From NCBI RefSeq assembly GCF_000143415.4, contig NW_003314316.1, positions 998,669 through 1,062,668 of the forward strand: a stretch of DNA of 64,000 bases, in the 5' to 3' direction. This DNA is from Selaginella moellendorffii (taxonomy: Eukaryota > Plantae > Lycopodiophyta). The position numbers were made by a program, and so were the translations under genes. Under the pieces are notes generated by a model. It worked only from the letters and a program-made list of their open reading frames with translations, was not told the origin of the DNA and did no database searches. Positions 12,641 to 22,444 of this stretch are shown piece by piece; positions within the stretch are counted from its first letter, which is position 1, and each line of letters starts with the position of its first letter.

Positions 12641-13313
12641 TGTAGCACACCTTATCTCTCTCCCCTTAAGCCAACTGGAAAAGGGGCAATTGCTTGATGA
12701 GAGAGCCCTTAGTGGCTATTTTGTCCCCATTTATCCCCCAAGGTTCCAAGGATCCACGGTGACAATATATCCAAATCTCATCCCATGATCACATGCGCTA
12801 CACTCACCCCCCCTTTAGAGATGTCAATGTCCTCATTGACTATTGACTAACAACCCCTACTGAGCCAAGGGGAACCAGCACCTCCATTTCCGCACTCAAT
12901 CTACCAATCCTTCCATTGTGTAGACCAGCTATTCCATGTGAGGCAACTAGTCATCCACCCGTACCGCAGTCCCACGATGGATACCTTCGTCCGTGGATAC
13001 TCCACACAAGAGGAAGGACGTACGCATGGATGTTCACTACATACGATTTCAAATTTAGGGGTAGGAATATACCTTGCTCAAGGGTATATTATATTTTAGA
13101 TAGCCACTAATCAATGGGAATCGAACCCGTGCCATTTGCTCTGATACCAACTGTAGCGCACCTTATCTCTCTCCCCTTAAGCCAACTGGAAAAGGGGCAA
13201 TTGCTTGATGAGAGAGCCCTTAGTGGCTATTTTATCCCCATTTATCCCCCAAGGTTCCAAGGATCCACGGTGACAGTATATCCAAATCTCATCCCATGAT
13301 CACATGCGCTACA
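12641..13313 (-). mobile_element. TRIM (673 bp) nested in transposon copy 1
   Basis: 162-bp LTRs at 12641-12802 and 13152-13313 (TGTAGC...GCTACA); 5-bp TSD TCATT; PBS TGGTATCAGAGC (13149-13138); polypurine tract next to 12803; no coding capacity. Confidence 0.95.
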
Positions 13314-15195
13314 TCATTCCTCGGACTTGGGCGCCACCATTAATTTCTGGATCGCCGCGCGCATGCATGCACGTGAAATCCAAAAGAAATCCGCAACGTC
13401 ATCATTCCTCGGACTGCATGCACGCGAAATCCAAAAGAAAGATCATGATTGGGATATCATTTAATACCCTCGCTATATTTATACCATGCATGATTGGATA
13501 TTCCAAAGCATCTTGTATTTCCAAAAATGCCAGATGTTCAACTAAATAAAGAATGGTATACAATGTCCTTCTTGATGACCCTGCAAAGAAGCATCTGGAT
13601 CGGACACCACATGAGACCACACGAGCCTTACAATGTTTCAGGGGCATTTGCCACAGATCTGACCGTTATTTTGCTCCAAGATTCTACAGTTTGGTGTGCA
13701 TTGACCTTTCCATCGACACTGCAAAGGGACATCACAATCAGATGCGGGATCACAAGAAACCTGTTATGAAATAAAAGGACCCTCTCTATTGAAATGTGTT
13801 TATGGTTCTAGGGGCATTGTGACATATCAAAGGATTTTACATCAAGTTCTGTATTTGCATGTTTATCAAGCTACTGAATTGCTAAACCCTAAACCCTAAA
13901 CATGTGGCAAATGCTGCATGAAGAAAGATGCCCTTTCTGGGCAAATGCTGTAAGAGGCAGATGCTGAGCAGATGTATCTCAGGCTAGTGAAGGGGACAAA
14001 CGAAAGCTAGCTATAAACATGACGGGATGCAAATAGATTACTAGGCTAGTCCTGCGAAAATCAAAAACCATAATTGAAAACATTGAAAATGCAAAAAGAA
14101 AGGTTTATAATATTTTTGAATTTTAAGCAACCAAAGGAATGTAAGTAGGGCATGTGTTTGTAAGTTTAAAAATACCTCAACCACTTAAATTCCCAAGTAA
14201 ATAAAGCTGTTTCTATTTTTGGTACAGGTAAACTTTATAGCGTGTGGGCTCATGCAATTTTGAACCCAAAAATGCACCAAAAAATGCTCGACTAGCATTA
14301 TTCTTTGAATGGCGTGTGGCCTTATATTGCCATAAATGGACGTACACACACAGCATAATTATTCCTTTACACGGCGAATAATCTTGGCACGGATCGCTGA
14401 CATGGCATGGCAAAGTTCGAATCACTGACATGGCACAGCTGGATCGAGGCAAGGACATGATGTGACAAAGTTCAACCTCCGACAGCAAAGTCTAGAAGCT
14501 ACTCAGTTTGAAATTTGTCAGAGGAATTATAAGATCTGGTTTGTCAGAGGATTTGATGTGACGTTCAAGCGTGTGTTATTTTTGAATTCTCAAACTCATT
14601 CCTAGGTCTATCATTTTTGTGCGCCATGTTCTTGGTTCCGCTGAGCGCAGTGAGCGCTACTTGTGTAAGCGGCGTTGTGGGCTGTGGTTTATGCGTCTAT
14701 GAGCGGTTGCGGCATTGCGAGCGCCATTGCGAGCGGTAGTTTATGCGAGTGGCAGTTTGTGCGAGCGGCGCTACGAGCAGTTGCGGTGTTGCGAGCGGCG
14801 CTATGAGTAGTTGCGGTGTTGCGAGCGGCACTGTCTTTGGTGTGGCTACCGCTTCCTCTTGATATTCGGCACTTGTGCTTCCTGGTATGTTCACCATGGA
14901 ATGGCTTAGGACCACATTTAGAAATGGCATGAGGCCACATGCCATCTTGGGCCCTTGCAATTTCATGGCTAGCGTATTGTCATGTATGTTTTTACTTGCC
15001 TGCAGCTGTGTGTATATCAAGATGGCATGAGGGCTCATGCCAATTTTGTGAATGCGAAATTTCACGTGGGTGTCAATAGCATGTTTGAATAATGGCATGT
15101 GGCCTCATGCTATTAAGGTTGTTTGGTATGTTATGATTTAGGCCATTCTCCCATCATTTTTTGTATAGTCTTAACTTCTTTTCTGCACTTTCAGA

Positions 15196-18077
15196 ATGGC
15201 CTCCGCAAGTGCGAGGCATGTTCCCTCCGTGGATCTTAAGAACCGTGCTACATGGATTCAGGCAAAGGTGTTTCTAAACAACCCCGAGGGGGAGGTGGTA
15301 GCTGAGGGCTTAGCCACAGTTGTCGATCCAAGAGATGCAGTTGCTAATCAAGAATTGGGCTGGGATGATATTGGAGTTGCGATTTTAGAGGTTGTTGACA
15401 CAAAAGAAAACAGTCTGACTATTGGAAGCATTGTGCGGTGGAAATTGAGGCACTTAGTGTTTGAAAATGTGAAGGATTCACAATCAAACACCACTACAAC
15501 TGATGACAGAACATCTCTTCATGGGAAAAGAAAGTACACCTTCCTAAAGCGCAGCCAAAGGGATCTAAGAAACGAACCGAAAAGGCAGAAAATGGCGATG
15601 GAGGTTCGAATGGTCTCGACAGTTGTTTGTTGCAAAAGGAGGTGCTGTCAACATGCTGATTGGGATGCTATTGAAGAGGAGAGAGCAAGATACAAGACAT
15701 TGTCCTGGAAGGCAGCTCGCAATTTTGTGTATGAGGCATTACGGTCATCTGTTGATGCTTCAGAACATCAGGTGGGGGGCATGGTCTTCCAGAGGGGTTT
15801 GGTCTGCATGAAGGCATGGAGAATCATTTATGGAGTCCCTCGAACCACATTCTACAGAATCAAAACTGAGTTCGAGGAACAAAGGGTTCAACAGGCAGTC
15901 CATGGGAACGACGGTACTCACAAAACCAGGGGTCATGTTGTATATGGAGAGGCAATCTTCAAGAGGTTTGTCGAGACATGTAGCGAGCAGCAACCACATA
16001 AAACCCGCCTCTTGGAAGATGGAACTCGAGACACCCAACGAGTTCTCCCTTCCATGTATACCAAGGGGGCCATATTGGAAGATGTGAATCGGGAACTCCA
16101 GAGTAATGGCTACAGGAAGCTGAGCCAATCTAGATTTAGTAGATTGTGGAGCAACAAGTTCAGGGATGTGAGTATAGGAAAGTACTCCAGCTTTTCAAAG
16201 TGTGACGAGTGCACTGCTATGAAAATGGCTTTGTCGAAGAATTCTTGCATCGCTCAAGAGCGAGAGACGTTGGTTAGAAGGCGGCTCAACCACAACATCG
16301 AGCAAAGAAGCTGCAGGACTGCATATTATCATAACAGGATTCTCTCCATGGAGAGACCTAACTCTTACCTCTGCATCATCCATGACAAAATGGACCAGAA
16401 AAAGACGTGCTTACCTCGACTCAATCCTGCCCCCAAGGCAATCTCTTCATCCATGCAGCTGCCTGTGTCTCTGTTTGGCATAATCACTTATGGGCATGGT
16501 GCCCAGAACTATGGGAACTTCTTTGTACCTCTATGGGGTGGCGGGGGTGCAAACATGATGATTGCATCCCTAGCAAAACACTTAAGGTCTCTGCAAAGTG
16601 CGTAGACTGAGCTGAACGGCCCTTGTCAATCGAACCCCATACAGGGTTTAGCTGGAGGAGGAGCAAAGGCTTGCAGTATCGCGTGGGGCCCCATGCCATC
16701 CCAGTGAATATGTTGGCCGTCAGATTGTAGGGTTATCACGTGAGGCCTCATGCCATTCCGACGAGGCTGGTTGCCCGGTGAATGCACAGCCTCATCCAAA
16801 CGAAGCAGAATCTCAAGGAAGTTCTTGCGGCTGATATGGCCTTCCACCCCATCTTCTGCTCCAAACAGACAATGCTGGCAGTGAGAACAAAAACATGTAC
16901 GTCTTCGCGTACTTGGTGATGCTTGTTGCCAAAGGCATATTTGAGACAGTTACACTTGGCTTTCTCATGGTTGGGCACACTCATGAAGACGTCGATGCCA
17001 TGTTCAGTCACTTGGCAGAGTCCCTCCGGCGATCCAATGTCCTCACCCTCCCACAACTCTACGATGAATTCCAAAATTGCATCAAAGGCACTGTTGAAGC
17101 TGCCCTTGTGACAGAGGTTCCAGACTTTAAGGGGTTTGTAAGAGGCTACATCAGGGACGGATCCAAAACGCTGATTGGCCACTCCAAGCCTCTTCAGTTT
17201 CATTTCAGCATGCGTGACGGTGCTCCAGTGATGAGGTACAAGATGAGAGAATGGGACACAGTGTGGCTGCCAGTGGACGGCATTGAACTCTTCAAGAGAG
17301 ATCCCATAACTGGGGAACCTATGATTCCTCAGGGTTCCCCACGGCCGATGCACCTGGATGGACTCAAAGACCAAGAAAGTATAGTGGCCGGGATTAGATA
17401 GCATATTGCCTTCTGGAAGAGGGGGTTGGTGTTTGGTGGAGAATCCTATTTTCAGAGGTGCAAGCCTTTGCTCGAATACTGGGAGAAGATTATATCTGCT
17501 ATCCAAAATGGGCCGGTTGTATATGAAGAATTGGAAGAGTCCTTTTGGCCAGAACCCAGAGCACCAGATAGTAGCGAAACAATGTCCTCTGGAAATGCAG
17601 TGACAGATAACAATGTTGAGGATCACTATTGTGGGCCAAGGAACAAGAAGCCGGATTCAGCATTCAATCCAGTACAGGTCTGCAAAGGACTGGTCGTGCT
17701 TGTCAGACCCAGTAATAGAAAACAAATGATATGGGTGGGGCGCTGCATCACTTATGCAGAGGAGGACGCGGAAACTAACTCCTTCAATGTAACTGTGGAG
17801 TGGTTCAAGCCAAGTTCCGGATATACGAAGGATTGCCTAGAAAAGAGATGGGTGCTGAATCCAAGGGATCCCAACATGAGCATATCGGTAGATAATGTTG
17901 TGCATGGTTGGATGTGGAAGCAGAGTGCCACCATCACCTTGCCAGACCATGCAAGAGATGCAGCAAGAGCATTCATAACCCGGGTTCAAGGTGAGATTCA
18001 TTAATATTCCTTTACTAAGTTTCTAATGTATTTTATTTCAAGGTGAACAATCCGAATCTGAATCAGAGGAGGCGTGA
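15196..18077 (+). CDS. DDD/E transposase (Sola-like), ~872 aa spliced; premature TAG at 17399-17401 in this copy
   Basis: KCDEC...H motif before IIHDKMDQKKTCLP, then LLLQxDNAGSENKN and FLMVGHTHEDVDAMFS. Predicted introns 16598-16808 and 17991-18042 restore the frame. An acceptor-like TTTCAG just before the ATG suggests an upstream UTR exon. Confidence 0.85.
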
Positions 18078-18717
18078 TGGCATGTGGCCTTACGCCATTC
18101 CTAGGTGAGATGATACAAATAACAAGTATAAATTCTTAGTTGTTCTAGCAAATCTTACTTAAAGTTCAAGGTGAACAAGCCGAATATGAATTCATCGGAT
18201 TGTTATAACAAATTGCGAGGTGATGGCATGAGGTGATACGCCATTTGAGAGTGGTAGCCATTCCTATATGAGGTGAGTGAAATATTTATTAGAAATACCT
18301 CATTCAATTGTGCACTTCTAAGTCTTGGTCCACTCAGTACTGTTTGCATGTTTTTATTTTAATTCTTTCTCTAAAATGTTATTTAGCATGTGGCTTCATG
18401 CCATTGCTCTCCACAATCATGCATTGAATTTTTCTATCCTTGCATAATACTTCTCCATATATATAGCATGTGCGCACATGTGATATGGTTTATTAGGCCT
18501 GATATAGTGTGTGAGGTAAAACAAAGATGATGTGACATATGTATTTACCAATCACAGGTGCATAAATCTAATAATATGGCGTGTGGCCCATATTAATGGC
18601 ACATAAACCCATATTGTGGGCTTACGTGCTTTATGTACCATCATTCCCTTGCAGCGTGTGTGTTGGTTTCCTTTTATAACACAACGAACTCCATATTTTA
18701 GGGTGAAGAGCGTTCTC

Positions 18718-18975
18718 ATGGCAAGCACAAAATCTGTAAGTGAGGCAGAAAAGGAGACGGAGAAGGAGATAGGTGAAGATGTAGAATATATAAGTCTTCC
18801 AAACTCCCCATACTATACTCCAGGTGATCATTTTTCTGAACAAACGGCAACATTAACAACTATCGAAAACGCCCCAGTAACGTCAGAGACAACAATCCAA
18901 AGCAAAACAACTGACCCGGAGAAGAATGATAGTACCGCTGAGAGTACCAAAAAGGAGGTGTCCACTAGCGCTTAG
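18718..18975 (+). CDS. Short low-complexity (E/T/S/K-rich) ORF or exon in the transposon 3' region, function unknown
   Basis: Open in both copies (copy 2 40498-40755) and preceded by an acceptor-like TTTTAG; no recognisable domain. Confidence 0.25.
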   Translation: MASTKSVSEAEKETEKEIGEDVEYISLPNSPYYTPGDHFSEQTATLTTIENAPVTSETTIQSKTTDPEKNDSTAESTKKEVSTSA

Positions 18976-21446
18976 GCTTATAATAGCGTGTGCCCTCATG
19001 CCATTTACTTGATCACCAAATACCTTTTTCCCTTTGCACTAGTATATCTTAATACCGGTCTGAGAAATAGAATGGCATTTGCCCTCAGGCCTTTTACTAA
19101 ATCACCTTTGAAAGAAATGCAAGCCTCTATGTCGTAAAAAAAAGGTACTAGAGAAATTCCTTAATAATATGAATGTTATTTAGTTTCATGAAAATACACT
19201 AAGGGTCAAATGAGTTAAATGACTTCTCCAGACTAGCAATGCCTCTTGCTACACCTTCACAATTAGATTCGTTAGAAAAAGATAACATTGAATAATATCT
19301 AAATGTTCTCACCATTAAGTTATATGTCTGGCTAATAGGAATGACGTTCATCTTGGAAAGCTCACCACACGCTCAATGAACAAACAAATAGTGTGTGCAC
19401 GCATGCCATCGCTCTTCTTTAGCTTCAGATTCGGCTTGTTCACCTTGACAATGAGATTTATTATACAACCAGATGGACTCAGTCTGGACACAAAGTCACC
19501 GTGCTAGTCACCATGCCCTAGATATGTCTAGCCCCTGGACAAAAAACATATAATTTCACGTCATTTTCAAATACTTGAAAATTTGTACCTAGTCCCATTT
19601 TACTGAATAAATCCCACTTTAACGAAATAGAGCTTTTTTCTTCTTGGAGAGATGATTTGCAACAAGGTGTGACTCATTGCTCGTGTTCACATTATGCAAT
19701 CAAGAGTTCCTACCTTGATGCATATTGGAAATGATAGTCTTACAAATGGTGAGTTATGGGATGTATAGCGGTGAAGCACTAAACCATTTTGTCTAGACTT
19801 GCTATTGGAAGACTCGGGTTACAATGCTCAATTTTTTTTCGAGGAACCTTGCTATTGCTCCTTGAGTAGCTTAGTGTTGGATTAGTGTTGAGTTTAGTCG
19901 GGTAGAGAGTGGCACGAGCTTGTCCATGTTGTGAACAAAAGTTAATGGTGTTCACTGTTATAAATCTCTATCGGTGGAGTGTGGCATTTATGTTGCATTT
20001 TGTCGAGTCGAGTTAACACTTGATACTCACATAAACCTTTGAAGTAATGGCATGGGCATTGCTCTTGGTGTTGCTCAATTAATGATCAGGTCATTGTGAT
20101 ACTTATATCATATCCATGTGATAATGAGCAATGTGTTTACGAAGTTGCTTGGTTAAACGATGATCAACCCCAAAGTGGTTGATGGTGAAGCTAGTCTACT
20201 TGCATGTAGTAGCATTGTAGTAGCTTCGACTGAGTTCTCAATGGTGACTCATTATGCTAAGCTTGAGTTAGTTCCTTAGTTCCTTGAGTTTGCCTATAAG
20301 GTGTTGGAAAAATGGTTGTAGCATTCACTTACTATAGTTTATCAGTTGATCTGTTAGCACTTGGAGTAGATTGTTGGATAGAGAAAGTGTGTAGTTGAGG
20401 CATTGACATCGCTAACACTTGTGTTAGTGGAAGTGGCATTGTTATTTTGAGTGATGAGGAATTTTCCTTAGAGCTTGATTTTTCATGTCATTTTTCTTGT
20501 TAGTGTTTTGGCTTCACATTGGATCTTGAAGGTGATTGAAGAAAAGTGTTAGTGCAATGTGGATATTCGAAGTTGTGGTCTTCGTGATCAAGCCTTGGAT
20601 GTTCATTTTTCATTTTGCGGATGTCAGTGTTGGATATCGGAAAAATAGGCAAAAGATGTTCGATACTTAAGCATATTGATGGATCATGAGAATTTGTGTT
20701 GAGGTGAATCTATGTGAAGTAGTAGGTAGGAAGAAGTTGGTTGAGTCTTGAAAGTTTGTATTCCTGGACTTAGAGTTATTCTTTCTCTAGGATGGAAAAC
20801 TTTTCACAAATTTTCTTAGAATTTTCCAATGGCTGATTTGTTGATCATTTTGCTCAAAAACCATTCCGTTTTCGTAAGCTAGTACAAACTAGTGGAAAGG
20901 TTGGAGTTGACTTCGGTTGGCTTAGACCTTAGTAAGTATTTTGTATGATGCGACCCGAAAGGGATGCTAACTTTTGAGGCTAAGGCAATTGAGTTGGATA
21001 GAGTCTAGAATTGGTGTAGAAAAGTGGCCGTTGCGCTTTTCTAAGAAGGGTGACCCTTGTGCTTTTCTTTTGTAGCGTTATGCTTGGTGGCAGGTTGCAC
21101 CTTGCATTTCGTTAGACTCTATGAGAGTAGTGAACTCTCACTGATCTTGACTTAGTCTTGGTGGCCCTACACCTTGGCTGAGGATAGTGATGTCCAACTT
21201 AGTTTTTTGCAGTTAAGGTGTTGGTACCCATACTATAGCTTTGTCTAAGTGGAGGTTGTGTACCAATATGAATTTATCTCATAGTCTTCACTTTAGTTTC
21301 AACTGGGTGTTGATCATGTATAGCTAGCCTCTTCAAGGCATGCTCAGAGGTACTAGCTAAATGCATTGGTGAGTTTATCGCAGTTGAGTTGGATTCGAGT
21401 GGTCATTAAGAAGTCAAGACCAAAAGTTCCAAAGTGCAATGGCTAA

Positions 21447-22444
21447 AAGGTGAAAGCCCAAAGCGTTTGTCTCCCAAACCCTTAGGGGTTTGGTGAGCTC
21501 CAAAAGTATAGTAAAGGGGAGGACTCCAGTGGAGCCAGTTTGGCTAGGAAAGGCCAGTTTGGCCCAGGACGGGTATACTTAGGTGTTGGGTGATGGGATA
21601 ACCACTGGGAAGTCCAAGGCTAGAGTGAATACGGACCGACAAATGAAGTAACTTGGTGAAGTATTCAAGAGCATCCTCTAGTTCCCCTGGGAGATCGAAT
21701 GGTCGATGCTCCCAGTCCAAGTGTGGGTGGCACTACCTACTTGGATACCTGGCGTGGCTCAACGGAACCTCACTCTAAACCCATGGGTAGAGCACCAAAA
21801 GGCGGAAGATGGGGAGAGTACCCATGAGGCTTGCGTAAGGCCACAGTGTTCCGAAATGTTGTCCCACAGTCTCAAACTGTGAAAAAAAAGAGGAGCAATC
21901 CTCTAGTGCAGTGACCAAGGATATGGTCACATGGTGAGGAAGTCCCATAGGATAGTGGGACTTAGAAGTCGGGCCTGTGGGCCTTGATCTAGTGGCAGTG
22001 TTGGCAAACACAGCTATGGACAGAAAGGGACTTGGTGGGGAGAGGGAAAAGAGATATTGGGGAAGGCTATTCCTCATGTCTGTGGGCATCCTAAGGATGC
22101 TAAGGAGTGGATCTGGGATGATCACTCATGGATGGATGGCCTAGTCTTTGAGAGACGAGACTGCGATGCAGGTGGTGTTGGACCACCAGTGTAACCAAGG
22201 TAAATGGGCATGGCCTTAACGTAACAGGCTGAGAGGTCGGTGGTACCTTGGGATGTTAATCATGGGATCAGACACGTGGAGCACTTGGACCAAGTGCAAA
22301 GGTTGAGTGGCATAGATGTCATTCTCGGGGCTAGCAAACCCCAAGTCTTAAATGGGACTTATGGAGGTTGTGAATGAGACTCCTCCAAGTGGTCAAAGGT
22401 GTGGTTAAGTGACTAAAGTAGAATGGAAAAATTAATCGCTTACA
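21447..22444 (+). mobile_element. Partial LTR of the TGTGAGAC family
   Basis: Homologous to ~42225-43255 and ends in CGCTTACA; a further fragment lies at ~23836-24280. Confidence 0.75.

Larger units (their letters stand above)
6235..19409. repeat. ~25 dispersed 22-bp imperfect palindromes, consensus ATGGCRTGWGGCCWCAYGCCAT (copy 1)
   Basis: Examples start at 6527, 7604, 7679 (perfect ATGGCGTGTGATCACACGCCAT), 8933, 9124, 9265, 10764, 12041, 12101, 12178, 14237, 14309, 14924, 15022, 15092, 16678, 16735, 18077, 18223, 18383, 18576, 18983, 19072 and 19388. Confidence 0.9.
6141..19635 (+). mobile_element. Large cut-and-paste DNA transposon, copy 1 (Sola-like, 13,495 bp)
   Basis: Perfect 24-bp TIRs at 6141-6164 and 19612-19635; TSD TTTT at 6137-6140 and 19636-19639. 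The empty-site paralog at ~22745-22780 agrees with a 4-bp duplication. Encodes a DDD/E transposase. Confidence 0.93.

Noticed and set aside
12366-12788. 140-aa plus-strand ORF (ERECERDREWER...)
   Set aside because: Low-complexity, runs into the TRIM LTR, and has a stop in copy 2.
13494-13774. Short ORFs in the transposon spacer as a third gene
   Set aside because: No recognisable domain, a 39-bp indel and different ends between copies; cannot be supported.
13882-13900. Telomere repeat CTAAACCCTAAACCCTAAA
   Set aside because: Only ~2.5 units; at most a telo-box, not an interstitial telomere array.
6235-19409. Palindromic repeats as a CRISPR array
   Set aside because: Spacing is irregular (tens to thousands of bp), the repeats sit in introns and exons of eukaryotic genes, and there are no cas genes.
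6141-19635. CACTA, Mutator, hAT, Harbinger or Helitron classification
   Set aside because: Termini are AAGC...GCTT with a 4-bp TSD (not 3, 8 or 9 bp), and no Rep/helicase is encoded.
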